A stretch of 64,000 nt of DNA from Takakia lepidozioides (GCA_030704615.1 CM060732.1:17050001-17114000), one strand, 5' to 3'; shown: positions 11,220 to 25,814, counted from the first letter of the stretch. The notes: generated from the letters alone by a model not told the origin. Program-made: numbers and translations.

Positions 11220-12833
11220 CAGATCACTTGTCATGCCTTTCAACATGAGGACCCGCCACAGGGGTGGACGATCAACTGCCTGATGCTAGTCTATTTGCAG
11301 TAGAGGTTGGGGCGGATGACTGGTTAGATTGGCAGTGGCCAATCAGATATTACTTAACTCATGGACAGTGCCCATCTAGTTATGGGAAGGAACAAAGAAA
11401 GAGAATAGCCATTTAGGCCCTACCATATACTATAATAGGAGGAAAGTTATACAAGTTAGGACCACATGGAGTCCTGAAAAGATGCTTGTACCATCATGAA
11501 ATTAATAAAGTCTTGGAAGAAATTCAGAAAGGGATAGCTGGAGGACATTTTGGAGAAGAGACTACCAGCAGAATATTACTTGCAGGATACTGGTGGCCTA
11601 TCTTATTCAAGGATGTACATAATTATTGTAAGAACTGTGATGAGTGTCAAAGGCTAGGACCTTTGCAGAGATCTGAAAAGATGGCATTGCAACCTACGAT
11701 GCCTATTGAACCATTCCAGAAATGGGGATTGGATTTTGTTGGCCTAATCAACCCACCAACCAGGAACACCCATAACAAGTATATAATCACAACCACAGAT
11801 TATACTACTAAGTGGGTAGAAACCAAAGCCCTGCGAGATAACACAGCAAAATATACAGCTAGATTTCTTTATGAGAACATAATCATGAGATTTGGCTGCC
11901 CCTTAGAATTCATCAGTGATCAAGGGAGTCATTTCATCAATGAGACTATTGAACTACTGACCAAGGAATTTATGATTGTGCACAGGAAGAGCACAACCTA
12001 TTACCCGCAGGGCAATGGGCAGGCAGAGGCCACCAACAAGATATTGCACTATCCTTGCTAAAATAGTCAATGCTAACAGAACGGATGGGGATACAAAGCT
12101 GTTAACAGCTTTGTGGTCTTACATGACTTCATACAAAGTTGCTACAAAGTATACACCATTTCAATTAGTCTATGGCATGGAAGCTCTACTTCCAGTGGAA
12201 TTCTTGCTACCTACCATGAGAACTGAATGGGGAAGGAGAATGGAATTGGAAGATTCAATCAAAGTAAGGAAAAATGAACTATATCATGTAGAAGAAGTTT
12301 GTGCTGATGCAGCAAATAACATGACCCGAATTCAGATGTAAAGGAAAGATCGGTTTGATGAAGGCAAACTCAAAACCCTTCAAACAAGAGACTTGGTACT
12401 GTGGTTTCAGAAGAAGGGAAAGATTTAAGCTTCTAAGCTTAAGTCACCATGGAAGGGACCTTATGTCATACAGAAGATGTATGATAACAATATAGCCATA
12501 TTGTTACAAACGATTAACAAAGAAATGCTTGGTAGAGTCAATGCCAATAAATTAAAGGGATACAGTGGTATCCATGATAGACCATTACAACATGATTTGA
12601 ATTTCGAAGCAGAGAAGGAGCAACAGACTACACCACCAGAGCATGAAGTGCATGTCATGATGCCTCATGTGCATGGTCATATGAGAGAACCTAGGGGTTC
12701 TCACAGCCAGCACAGGCCAGCACAGGCCACACAGGCTACACAAGATGCACAGGCCATGAGAGCAGTGATAGGTGGACACGAGTTAACAACGGCAAAGTGG
12801 CCAAGAAGTAAAAAAACAGTTTGGGTTGGGTGA
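11220..12833 (+). pseudogene. Ty3/gypsy integrase (HHCC zinc finger and DDE core), frameshifted
   Basis: GGHFG...YCKNCDECQR, KWGLDFVG, ISDQGSHF, PQGNGQAE. Confidence 0.9.
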
Positions 12834-13065
12834 TGAAGAGATTGCGACCCCTGACACGTTCGCACGGATGAAGTCGACTGGAACACGACGCGTGCCTGTT
12901 CAAGCCACCTAGAGTAACCGGCTTCTAAAAGAGGCTAAGTTTCCAATGCTTGTACATTCAAGAACACTGTCTGGTCATGAAAACAGGTCTGCTTGATCCG
13001 GGTTTTCAGATATCCTCTAGAAATCCCTTCACACAAGCATCAATCTGTTGTGTGTGGTTTGCCCA

Positions 13066-16000
13066 CGGAACCAGTGGTATTAGAGTCACTGTACCCCCGT
13101 TGTCCTTTTTGTTTCCCCGGCCTTCGACTGCACTTTAGGAAGTTTGACTGGCATACCATGTATACCTACCATGTCTGGAACACCATATAACAACATTTGT
13201 GCCACCTTCTGTCGGGCAAGATTAGTATATGCCCGTAGCTCCTCATCTGTGTAACTAAGTGGTGTGCCTATCACCTTTGAAAAGTGCAGCCACTTCCTGG
13301 CCTCATGCCCCTTGGGAAAAATGTGATCGTAATCCCATTCCAGTTTGTGTAAGTCCTCCAGAGCAGAAGAAAGGCTTACTTGTCTTGCAGGGTAAAAGAT
13401 CTTTATGAATGGTCTCGCAGCGCAATGATTTTCGGAGAACTGGAGGTAATGTCCAATGCTCCCCATTGGAATAAGTCTGGTACCTCATCTGCATTTTCTG
13501 CTGCTCTGCGTGGTATTGTAAAACAAAACAAGCAGCATAATATGTTCCACAACCCATAACAAGACTAGGTACTTCTTTGATCGTGGTGTAGATGAACCCG
13601 TGAATGATCTGTAAGGCAAGTAATTCCTTGAGCATTGTTCCTGCCTCAGCCCAACAACGTGCAAAATGATGATCCTCAATGGGCTTATCAGTTGGAAGAA
13701 CCTTGTTTCGAGTTGCCAAGGGCAACCAAATGCGCATGAGTTGGTAATAATGTGCCAAGGACTCAGGAGGACCCATTTCCTTCCGAACCAGATCCATAAC
13801 CAAAGGAATATGGTTGAAGGGAAGAACCATGGCCTTGCTATATTCCATATCAGTAGGAGTAGTAGGTGGGTTAAAAGAAGAGTCACCCCAAACAACAGGT
13901 ATTGTTTGCAGCAGTGTCATGGTATCCACGGTGGCTGCCTGTGGCTGCTGTAAACTCGATGCACTCCCTCATTGTGCTGGTAAGGCTCGTCCCCCTTCCA
14001 CTGGAAATTGAAGAACAAAAGACTTGGCCTGCAGATATGTGGCCAATAACTATTCCTCAGGAACAAATTCCCTCTTGTCAATGGCTGAACTCAAGTCCTC
14101 TACTTGAGTCTGAAGACCTAGCACATCCTCCTGCAACTCAGCTATCTGACCATAGACAACATTTATGGTGCCTGTGGCAATACTCTGCACCCGTTGTCTG
14201 AGATCCCGCATCTCATGCTTAGTTGATTTTCTAGGTGCCTTACCTTCCACTAGTCCCTCCTTTAACCACACTTGCAGGAGATGGTCATCTACCAATTTCT
14301 CCGTAGAATCCCTAATAGCTTGCTCCTCCTTTAGTTTGTATGCCTCCATCTGTTGCTCCAACCTTTGTATGCAGTGGTGATAGGGGTCTTTCAAAGCTGC
14401 AAAGGCAACCATCATATTATTGGCTTCCTTCCTCCCCTTCTCAGCCACTGAAAGTGTATGCTTGTATATATCATTATCCTACTCTGGTCTGCCTTTTCCT
14501 TGTAGAGCCTCAACTCTTTGAGGGAGACTTCCTGGCGACTGATGGTGTCCTTCATGCCAGTAATTAGCTCATTTTGATAAATGACCTCAGCTTTAGCCTC
14601 TGCACACAGATTGGCTTTCTCCCTGAGCTGTGTCTCTATGGCTTGAAGTTGAACTGAATGATTCACTGACTGTATGGTAAATTTTTGGTTAGCTGCTTCT
14701 AACCCTACAACAACAACTTTCTTTGATGCCAGAAGTGCCTCATGATTGATTTGCAACTGATACAACTGCTAAGTATAATCCTCTTGCATCTGTTGCTGTT
14801 CAAGGCCTGCCTTGATCAAATCCTCTCTTGCAAGTTGTACGGCAGCAGTGGTCTCCTCCAGTTCTTGCTTAAGCTTGAGGCTTGCCTCAACATCAATCTT
14901 GGTTGACTGCTCAGCCATAATCCTGACCTCAAACTCTTGTTTGAGTTCCTCCCTCAGTGCTGCCAGCTGTTCCAAGGGAACATGAGTCTTAAAGTAGTTT
15001 CCCAAAAGATTAAGGGTTCGACCTATGGAACTCAGAACCATGGTCTACTGCGGATCTTCCTGTGGAGTTTTCTATATTTCTTGTTGGTCATCAATAGCCT
15101 TGTGACTTACAAACCATTGAGACCAATCATCCACAGGGTCTTGCACTTGAGTAGTCTCAACCCCTAATGGTGCAGATGTACCCTTACCCTGGACTGCCTC
15201 AACCTCGATCACAGGTGTGGATTTACTCTGCACTGCCAGAGTTTCCATAGGTAAAATCTGTATCTCTGGAACTATGGAAGGTTGAGCCCTTTAGGCTTTT
15301 AGAGTTTTCATAGAGAAGATCACCCTTCTCCATCTCCTCCCTGATTTGCTCATTAGTGGGAATTTCCAATCCCTCCCTCTCTGAAGTAAAGGGTTCGGGT
15401 GTAACAGCACGACCACTCTGAGTTACCTGTGAGGTAACTTGGACAGTAGGTTGTGTTGGTTGGGGTAAGGAGGTAACCTCGTCCTCCCTCTCCACTATGT
15501 GCACTTGCTGCACCTCATCTTGTGTAGGAGCTGTGGAGATATCATCCTACACAGCTGGCTTCACTGCCAGTGGATTCACATGATGCGCCGTCCCTACTTT
15601 GTCACCCTTCTTCTGCCTCTTTGTTTTGGGCTGTCGCTCCAGTCCCCCTTCGCCTTGTGAGGATCCCTGTGCATCATTCATTGTAGATCCTTGCTCAAAC
15701 ACACCCATGTCTTTGCGCTCTTGTACCGTGAGTAAGCAAAAGTCATGAATTATCTGCACAATTATAGGAGCTGCAATGATAATTGGAGCTTTGGCTGTCG
15801 TTGTCTGAAGCCGTTTCATCTCTTCAACTAGGCCTTTATGCATCATGTTCGCCTATACTACATCATCTCCCTTCAAGGCATTCAAGATCTCTTCAGTGAA
15901 AGTTTTGCTTAGATACATCTGGTTCTGTTTCATTGCAAACAGAACGTTCAGTATTTGGCCTACTTCCCCTAGCCCTGGATATTTTGCCCTCAGACACGGA

Positions 16001-16565
16001 TACCCTTGATTATTGAAAAAGCTCGTTTCATTGAAAAGATTATCAAGCTGCAACTTCGCCCTGTGTTCGTCCACACTCACCGCCCCCTCTGGCAAGTCAA
16101 AAACTTGCTGCAGGTACTGTGGTGTGATCTGTATATCAACCCCCTTCATCTGAGTGCTTCCTGTGCTCGTATCAAAGTTTCGAATAAACTCATCAGTTCT
16201 TTGTGGTGCCAAGTCCAATCTTTGCGCATCAGAGTCTCCAAACGTAAATCCTTCAAAAGCTGCATTGCCTCTGGAGTAGCAATGCTCTGCTTTTGAAGTA
16301 CATGTGTGCTCTTCACCCGTAGGTCCTCCATATCTCTGATTCGCATCATACCGAGCAAACAGGAAGGTCTTGTTTGGAATAGTTGCAAGAAGCTCTGCAA
16401 CGCGTACAGCATGAAATTATGGTTTGCGCAAAATGGAACGGGCAAATGTGTGTAAGCCTGCGGGGCTTGCAAACAGTGGGTGAGAGAAAAGGTACGCTCA
16501 TCCTGTCATTCCTTGTGCCACTGCATAAGGAGTAGAGCTAACGTGTAGTCCGTAATGCCCGCCAT
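13066..16565 (-). pseudogene. Extra post-pol ORF of the gypsy element (Athila ORF-like domain plus coiled coil), inverted in this copy
   Basis: Collinear homology to 57968-60639. Motifs KGVDIQITPQYLQQVFDLP and ILNALKGDDV. Many stops and frameshifts. Confidence 0.7.
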
Positions 16566-17318
16566 AGATGTAGGGCTATAGTCTTGATTGCTCCTCCCGT
16601 CGAGGAATGATTATCAGGGATAACACCAATTCTGCCGTGCACATAATTATCTTAACTTCTTGTTTTTTGTTTCTTTAATGGAGTTCCCGCAACAAAATTC
16701 TCGTTGCTGATTGGCCGTGGGGTCATCAGACCTAATTTTTCAATATTACCCTGTTCTTTTCACATTCCATTCTTGAATGACCAACATGAGTACATATTCG
16801 GCAAAGATTACCTTTTGCCGATCGCGTAAGGTTTTTCTTCTCTTGTCCCCTCGATGCATTTACTGGTTCGTGATAGATTTCGGCTGAAGTACCGGGCGGG
16901 TACTTCGGCGGCCCAGTTTGTCTTTTAGTGTGATGGCGCTCGTTATTGCAGTACATGCAATGTGGAGAACCGCACGCCTTAAGCCACCTGTTTGAGTTCA
17001 ATCACTCTCCCGTTTCTTTCTGGCCCCATGGCCCATCACAGCCCGTCCCGACATGTTAGATGAATATGAGAAAGCCATGGCGGACAAGAAAATACGAGGC
17101 TCTCCTATTCCTGAGAGACAACCTCCACCGGATCCCAAAACAGGCCAATATGCTCCGCCGAATAGACAAACTTCTCCACCAGCCAAAGGAAAGGCTCGGG
17201 CTAATACACAGAGCCCTCAGAAGGACTCTCATAAGCATAAAGGTATCCGTTCACATAGGTTTGCTGATCCTAAGCAGTAAACCGTGAGGACACGGCTTTT
17301 TGAGAGGGGAGGGGATAA

Positions 17319-18165
17319 TGTTACAGGACTGTCTAGGACTTAAGCGATTTAGGGGTTCTGCTGCCATGTACAAACACAGGCCAGCACTGGTCTTAAGGTC
17401 ACAGCCCGACACAGCCTGACACAGCCCGTCACGGCAGTCACAGGTTACAGCCCGTCACAGCTGACACAGCCCATCACAGCGCCACACAAGTCACAGCCCG
17501 ACGCAGTCCGTCACAGCGCCACACAAGTCACAACTCAACAAAAGACACAGGGTGTTGTTATCACACGAGGGAACATGAACGCGGGAACGAACACAGGGAA
17601 TGACAGTACCGTGCGTACTGTCTTGGCTGACGGTTAGTTAGTTAAACGGTTAGAACAGCTTGCGGGTAGAAAGGGGAGACTAGCTAGGGAAGAAGGATCA
17701 CTTCTTGGCGCATGGACTTGGAGTACACGGAGGCGAGTATGCGAAGGAGGAGAGAGACGACGGAAAGAGCTTGATATATGCAAGCTATAGAGATGTTATT
17801 GTACCTGGTAGATTAGAGACACCATGGCTTCGGCCTGTCATATGATAGTTATTAATACGATTCCTACTTCATACTCACACTGTGTAGAGAGACCTGAGTG
17901 AAGCTGTGGAATGTATGCTTAAGTTATAAAGATGGAACTCGGGAGATTGCAGAAGCAATCTGATACATAACCCTAGGCACTAAGGTAACATACTAAACAT
18001 GAATGCAAGAAGGAATAGATATAGGTAAGCACCCCCATGATACACTAGGTGTAGGTCGTGACTGATTGTTCTGAGCGGGCTGAGTACTTGGAGATTTCTA
18101 ACTTTTATACCCTAGAGTTTCCACCCTAGATAGCTAAGGGATGGGTGAGTAAAAGCCGCTCAACA
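17319..18165 (+). repeat. 3' LTR (TG...CA) preceded by a polypurine tract
   Basis: GAGAGGGGAGGGGATAA at 17302-17318, then TGTTAC. The LTR ends CAACA immediately before the PPR sequence. Confidence 0.75.
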
Positions 18166-19085
18166 GGACCCTAGAAAAGGGCAGAGAGGTGCTGCACGCT
18201 GACATCGTCAAAGGGGGAATTGCTACAGATATCATTATGGAAAATTCCCTTTTGGACAGGTATGCCACTTGTGGGAGCATGCAAGATGCCCGTAAAGTAT
18301 TTGACAAGATGGTTCAATGTGATGTTGTCTCGTGGTGTACCATGATTGCAGGATATGCGGCGAATGAGTGGGGTAAGGAGGCTGTCAACATGTATGACCA
18401 AATGATATAGACAGAGGTGCACCCCCATGAGGTCATGTACATTTGTGCTCCCAAGGCCTATGCCAGCCTGGCAACTCTTGAAAAAAGTACAGAGGTCCAT
18501 GCTGATATCCTCAAAGCTGAAATTGTGCCTGAATATATCCTAGAGACTGCCCTTGTCAACATGTATGCCAATGCGGGAGCTTAAAGAGTGCACGTCAAGT
18601 GTTCGACAACACGTGGTCCCATGGAGCACCATGATGGCAGGATATGCCCAGCATGGGTGTGGTCAGGAGGCCCTCGGACTATTTGAACAAATGCAACAAA
18701 AAGAGTTGAAACCGGACAGTATCACCTTTCTCTGTCTTCTCTTTGCATGTAGCCAAGCGGGGCTGGTGGATAAAGGCCGCCACTACTTCGATTGCATGAG
18801 TCAAGATCATGGCCTTACTCCTGGAGTGGAGCATTTTGGCTGCATGGTGGATCTTCTTGGCCGTGCAGGGCGATTGGATGATGTCGAGGACTTCATCGAT
18901 GACATGCCAATGGAACCAGATGCTTCATTGTGGGGGGACTTGCTTGTTGCCTATAGAATTGGCAATTTAGGGCTAGCAGAACGTGCAGCAAGATCCCTTC
19001 TCTCTAGTTGGATCCACTGCCAGTTGCAACTTACATGCTACTATCAAGCATATATGCAGTGGCTGGTAAGTGGGACAATGCAACA
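18166..19085 (+). pseudogene. PLS-class pentatricopeptide repeat gene fragment with E domain
   Basis: NSLLDRYATCGSMQDARKVFDKM, PDSITFLCLLFACSQAGLVDKG, HFGCMVDLLGRAG, MPMEPD. Stops and frameshifts are present, and the 5' part is cut by the LTR. Confidence 0.9.
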
Positions 19086-19590
19086 AAAATCATTTAGATC
19101 GGGAACCATTTGTTCGCCTTGTCGATCAATTTTGATTGATCCCATACTTGTGTAAAACTTGTTAAAGTGTATGTAGAGCATACTAGCAAGTTTGGAGAGA
19201 AGATAAAATCATTGGGATGGGGAACTATTCGTTCACTCTTTGAATCAATTTTGATTCATGTCATACTTGTCCAGGACCTGTCAGATGGTATGTGGAACAT
19301 ACTGGCGAAGTTTAAAAACAAACAAAAATCATTTGGATGGAGAACCATTTTTTTTGCCATTTCAATCAATTTTGATTGATCCCATACTCGTCCACAACCT
19401 GTCGGATGGTATATAGAACATACTGGCAAAGTTAAAAAACAAGCAAAAATCATTCGGACGGGGAACCATTCGTTCGCCACTTAAACCGCTTCTGATTAAT
19501 CTCGTACTTGTCATATGATATGTAGAACATATTAGCCTAGTTTGAAAACAACATAAAATCATTTGGATGGGGAGTGGTTTATTCACCCTA
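19085..19590 (+). repeat. ~120-bp tandem repeat (4-5 diverged units)
   Basis: Recurrent AAAATCATTTGGATGGG...TTGATTGATCCCATACT. Related to the subunits at 30285-32720. Confidence 0.8.
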
Positions 19591-20100
19591 TCAACAAGAA
19601 AATTTGGCTTTTACGACTATGTGATATGACTACAAATGCAGTTATGAAAGCCATTTACAACTTCCTGACTCTGAAGAAGTAGAAGCCGAGTTAGTTGTGA
19701 CATGGAAGTCGTGGCTGCCATGGAGTCGTAAGTGACAGTCGCCAGGCTTTGTGTGACGTGGCACTTGAGTAGCGCGCTCATAGTCATACAAGCTGGCTTT
19801 ACTGAATGACTGAACAGACAGTGTAGTCCATGTCAGCGGTTGTGCAAGAGTGACACGTGCTCGATACAGAAAATGACACGTGGCAGAGTGTTCGCTCTCC
19901 ATGACTGTGAACTATGACTACGGGCATGCTAATCCAGTTGCAACACGTGGCACGTTGCAGTTTTACACGTGGTCCCTCAGGAGATTGACATGTGTCATAA
20001 TGGGTGTTTTATTATGTATTTCTACACATTTGTATTTTTGCCACGTGGTGCATTACTATTGGAGAGTGAAAAATAGATGCAGTCATTATTATGACTATGG

Positions 20101-20132
<32 letters not shown>

Positions 20133-21179
20133 ATGAACAGGGATAGAGGCCCTGGAAATTTTATTATATAAAGGGGGACGAGAAGTACATAAGGAAAAAA
20201 TAACCTTAAACCCGGTGCCATAGAGGTCGACCTAGGAAGGCACTGCTTCAAGACCAGAGGCAAAAAGCTACAAGAGAAGTACTAACAACTACGCAAGGAG
20301 AGAGCATTAAAGATTAAGAGCCAGGGCCAAGGAGGCGGAGGCCAGGCTGCGCAATGCAGCCCAGCACAGAAGTGCCAGAAGAGGCATTGAGGACTCCCTC
20401 TCTTGATCCTCTTCCAGAAGTTGTGGTCATGGTTGAGGTGCCTGATTTTTATCAACTGTGTCGCTGCAGCTGCTGCCTTTGCAGGTTTCTTGTAGCTATT
20501 GATCCACAAGGAATCATAGGTAATCTGTGCTTGGAAATCTGGCCCTCTTGGATGAACCTGTGCCCACACTCTACCCCTGCTCCTTTAGCTATCCATGCCT
20601 CTACACAAATCATGCATACATCCTTGCCTTGCTGCTAGCAGCTGACAATGACAGCCCAGATTTGTTCTAGGAAACTCGCAACTCAACTTATCACACTAGT
20701 TCCTATGCTCAATTGCATCTGCTACTCTCTGGACCCACAGTCTATCCCTGCTCCTTCAGCTATCCATGCCTCTGCACAAATCATGCATTCATCCTTGTCT
20801 TGCTGCTAGCATCTCACATAACAACCTATATTTATTCTAGGAAACACCCAACTCAGCTTATCACACTATTTCCTATGTTGAATTGTGTCTACTACTCTCT
20901 GTAATCCAATAGGCATTCACCTTTTTGCCGATTGTCCCACCATTGATTGGGGTCAGAAAAGTATTCATCCCACAGGTTCTCCTCGTCTCTGGTACCTGTT
21001 TTTCCCGGTTATCAGCGTCACGTCCGTCAGTCAGTGTCAGGTCACGTCCGACCTGACGCTGACCGGACCTCCATCACGTCAGGTTCGGGGAATATTCTGG
21101 TAAAAATAATACCAGGTAAAATACTGCCACTTAAGCAGCCACGTCACAAATACATTTTGAAAATTAACAAAATGAACAC

Positions 21180-22395
21180 AACCGCCAATTCACTTTGTTT
21201 CTAAAAAAGAAATAGCGACCGCCATATTGGCGGTCGCTTCAATTTTTATTTTTATTAAAGCAAGATTGGCGGTCGCACTGGCGGTCGCCTTATTTTTCGA
21301 AATAGAAAAAGAAATAGCGACCGCCATACTGGCGGTCGCTTCAAATGTTTTTTTTTTTAAAGCAAGGTTGGCGGTTGCACTGGCGGTCGCATTATTTTTC
21401 GAATTAAAAAAACAAACAGCGACCGTTATGCTGGCGGTTGCTTCAATTTATTGTGTTAAAAAAACAAGATTGGCGGTCGCCTAATTTAAAAAAGAAAACA
21501 AGCGACTGCCGTATTGGCGGTCGCACGGTGGCAAATACATTTTTGAAAATTAATAAAATGAACGCGACCGCCAATTATGGCGGTCGCTTTGTTTTTCAAA
21601 ATTAAAAAATAAATAGCAACCGCCGTATTGGCGGTCGCTTCAAAATTATTATTTTTAAAGCAAGATTGGCGGTCGCCTTTTTTTTGAAATAGAAAAAGAA
21701 ATAGCGACCGCCATATTGGCGGTCACTTCAAATGTTTTTTTTTTAAAAAGCAAGATTGGCAGTCGCACTGGCGGTCGCCTTATTTCTTGAATTTAAAAAA
21801 TAAATAGCGACCGCTATGCTGGCGGTCGCTTCAATTTTTTTTAAAAAAATCAATTTATTGTTTTAAAGAAACAAGATTGCGGTCGTATTGGCGGTCGCCT
21901 AATTTAAAAAAGAAAACAAGCGACTGCCATATTGGCGGTTGCACGGTGGCAAACATATTTTTAAAAATTAACAAAATGAACGAGACCGCCAATTATGGCG
22001 GTAGCTTTGTTTTCGAAATTAAAAAATAAATAGCGACCGCCGTATTGGCAGTTGCTTCAATTGTTTTTTTTTAAAAGCAAGATTGGCGGTCGCACTGGCG
22101 GTCGCTTTATTTTTCGAAATAGAAAAAGAAATAGCGACCGCCATATTGGCAGTCGCTTCAAATTTGTTTTTAATAAAAGCAAGATTGGCGGTCGCATTGG
22201 CGGTCGCTTTATTTTTCGAATTAAAAAAAGAAATTGGGACCGCTATCTTAGCGGTCGCGTAAATTTAAAAATATACAAAATAGAAGTGACCGCAATATTG
22301 CACAAAATGAAAGGAAATAAAAGCGACCGCAGTAGTGGCGGTCGCTTGTTTTTCATAAAAAATAAAAATACGGACCGTAGTATTAGCGGTCGCTT
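21180..22395. repeat. Array of GCGACCGCC-N5/6-GGCGGTCGC palindromes in A/T-rich spacers
   Basis: Directly visible, about 20 or more full and half sites. Ends ~110 bp before TATATAA at 22504. Confidence 0.95.
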
Positions 22396-22828
22396 AATTT
22401 CAAAATTACAACAAATATGGTTGTACAGCCTTTTTTGGGTGGGCGCTATTGGTTCGTCATTTATTCATTTCACTTTCATTTCACTTTCATCCCTCTTGGA
22501 TCATATATAAGGGAGGAGGGTCACCAAACTCCTCATTTCTTTTGGCGCAAACACTTGAGGTTGTTTTGGATGTTCTCTTCCATTGAACAAGAGTGTAGCC
22601 CAAGAGGAGGGTGCGCACCTTTTGCCGTTGTGGCTTCTACCAAAGCCACTTCAGCAGATTGTGTATAAGCTCAACACTACAACCTACATCGACCCACTTA
22701 GGTTGCTGACAGGTGTAGAAGTGTTGGGCTATCGCATTGCACTCTACATTCATAACACGTTCATTTATAGGTGATTGTTTTTTGTTGCTTGCATCGCTAG
22801 GTCCCAAGGGAGTGGATATTGGGTGAAG

Positions 22829-25814
22829 ATGAGGGAGGAATGAAGCCCTTGGTATACGGCAATCCCGAACACTGTCAGTGCCACTGGTAGTATTGAGTGC
22901 AACCTATGTGAATTAAAGCTTTCTTATCGTAAGGATCGGTTGCTCGCTCACTCGGCTATAAAGGTGTGAAGAGCGCTGGGGTGGGTTTATGCCCTAAAGC
23001 ATCTATGCGGGTAAAAAGCCATTTTGCCCAGTGTGGAGGCAATATTCCAATGTCTTTGGATCTGGACATAACCTCTGAGCAGAACACTCCATCTTCCCGT
23101 TAGGATGCCCTGATTAGTACCCAGGGCGACTCTTGTGAGGCTTCGGGTGTCATTGGACAAGTGGGTTGTGCCGGAGCAACACCTACTTCAACACCTCGTT
23201 CTACCCCTACACTTCAACGGAGTAGAGGATTACGGCAGCAATCCATGCAGGAAGGTCTTAACTTGTCTGCGAAAAGACAGTTGGATAAAAAATGGGCGCA
23301 GTTTTTCTTCGAGGCCAACATACCATTTAATGTGGCAAGGCTTCCGGCATTTGTTTCTGCTGTTAGAGCAACCTCGGAGTCCAGATCCACGTACGTGCCT
23401 CCGACTTATCACAATCTCCGCACAGGATTGCTAGAAGACGCCATGACCGAGCTTACCCAAAAGGTCAACGATAGGACGGGCGAGTATATCAAAAAATATG
23501 GAAGCACTATATGTGCCGATGGTTAGAGTTTTGTCACAAACAGACCGTTGTTCAATGTCATGCTCGTATGTCCAGCTGGGGAACAATTCTTGGGATCGGT
23601 CGACACTAGAGGCGAGAAGAAAGATGGACGTTATCAATGTCAACTATTGACGGACTTCATCGAACAGGTCGGAAGTGATAGAATCGTGCAAATATGCACA
23701 GACAATGTCGCTAACATGAGAAACACTGCAGACATGTTGTTGGTACGTTATCCTTATATGTACTATCAAGGTTGTGCTGCTCATATCCTTGACCTCATTT
23801 TGGAAGATTGGGGAAAAGAACAGTGGGAGAAACAACTTGTCAAGCGAGCGAAGACTGTTGTGTCGTTCATCCGCACACACCACATCTCTTTGGCAATATA
23901 TAGGAGGCACGAACCCAAATTCAGCCTCCGCAATCCAGACGAAACTTGTTTTGTCACTAACTTCTTGATGGTGGATCGGTTGGTGACGGTGAAGAGCAGT
24001 CTGGAGCACACCATCATCAATCCTCAATGGGATGCATATACACGGACATTGCAGGACTCCCGAAAAGCCAAGTCATTGGGCAAAATTCGAAAAATTCGAA
24101 ATAGCATTCGCTGTTATGATTTATGGAAGAAATGTGAAAACTTTGTTTATATGGTTGAGCCGGTGTTAATCGTCTTGCGGGAGTTTGATGGAAAGCAACC
24201 AGTAATGGGCAAGGCATGGTTACTAATGCAAAATCTTGAGAAGCACGTCCAATCTTTGAGGCATCCTCCCTTCTCCTTGGAACCTGAACTTGCGGACAGT
24301 GCTGAGGATGCATTTTACGACCGTCGTTCGATGGTTCGAACGGACTTGCATTATGCGGGGGCTTTGCTCAATCCATTCTTGCTCGACAATACCATGCTCC
24401 GAGACGACGCTGATGCCAAGGCCGGCCTCGTGCGAGTGCTCATGCGACTGGCTCCGCCGAACCATGCAGAGAGAGCTATATCCGAGTACCAATGCTTCTC
24501 AGATCGCCGCGACCCTTTTGAGGACATGCCGGATCCAAAAGAGCTCAATAGGTTGCCACATGAATGGTGGGATCTGATTGGAGCTAGAGCAAGAACATTG
24601 GCTCTCATTGCGAAGCGTATTCTTGCTCAAGTGTGATCTGCCTCATCTTGCGAACGCAATTGGAGCAGTTACTCGTTTGTTCACAACAAGATTTGCAACA
24701 GATTGAATCCCGCGAGGGCTGACAAATTGGTGTATGTGTATACCAATTGCCGACTGCTACGTGAGAGGGTAGCAGATGATGCTGCAGCATGGTATGAGAG
24801 GAATTTGCATTCCGAAGACTCTGCTTCTGAGGCTGATTCGATGAGTGACGATACTGAGCCTCAGAGAGAATCATCTCAGAGGGAATCATCTGTCTCCGAT
24901 AGTGAAGATGGATCCGATGATGCTCCTGAAAATGCGTATGACCCGTTTACATTCACAGAGGAGGATGTTTATATCCAGCCGATCTTTGATGACATTTTCG
25001 AGGAAGTGCGTATCGCAGATGAAGGTGAAGTTGCAATTGTGTCATCCCCAGAACATGGTCCTCAAAATGAAGTTGGGGTCGACCCTCGCCCCCCACTACA
25101 CGGTGAAGCCACCGGTAGTGCCTCAATGGAGCTTAGGGATGATGTACTGTCAGGACCGATCGACGTACGCAACCCTGTTCATACAAACGATGGTGTCGAA
25201 CCCATTGTACAGTCGACGGGACGGGATCATGCCTCATCGATACGACCAGCTCCACCACAATGCCAAAACCGATCTAGCTCCCCATCAACACAGCGGGCAT
25301 TAAGGAGCAACAGGGTTGATCTGTTTTCCACACGCATGCATCATTCTGCTGCATTGGACCGGGCGGAAGTTGAAGCCTCGGATGATGACAACCTGCTACT
25401 ACAATTACACCTTAACCGACGTGTTGCGCAGCAGACCCGTGGTTCCTTACATGCCGGTCCATCTCAGGCAGTCCCCCCTCCGGTACCTCCTTCGATACCA
25501 CCTTCGATTGCGTCCCAAGTCCATAAACGACAGAGAACAGTCCAACCTTTTGTAGGCGATCGGCCCACAAACAGGCCAGATACCGTGGATGGTATTCAAG
25601 ACCGGAGTGGGAGTTGACCTCAGAGAGAACTAAATGTGGTTCGGGTCGCTTGCAGATTCAAAAGCCTGGACATATGAGGTCGGATAGTGAGGACGATTCC
25701 AGCACTGATCATGGCAACGGTGGAGAAGTCGAGGGTGACCCGGATTTTCAACCCATCGGAGCATTAGGATTAGGATCTTCTTCGTCCCGCCGTCGAAACA
25801 GTAGAAGGAATTGA
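22829..25814 (+). pseudogene. hAT transposase (BED-like finger, DUF659-type core, dimerization domain, acidic tail)
   Basis: ECNLC..RLLAH, ICADG*, QICTDN, CAAHILDL, EWW, *SASSCERNWS. In-frame stops at 23524 and 24634. Confidence 0.9.

Larger units (their letters stand above)
10478..18165 (+). mobile_element. Ty3/gypsy (Athila-like) LTR retrotransposon copy 1, 5'-truncated, with an internal inversion
   Basis: End of RNase H, integrase, extra ORF, PPT and 3' LTR are present. Homologous to 57968-64000. Confidence 0.85.

Noticed and set aside
13066-16565. Natural antisense ORF of the LTR element
   Set aside because: Copy 2 shows the sense orientation; this copy is inverted.
19600-21000. Possible gene or element (ACACGTGG motifs, (TA)n, ~170-bp duplication at 20570/20741)
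   Set aside because: No recognisable coding motif or termini could be supported.
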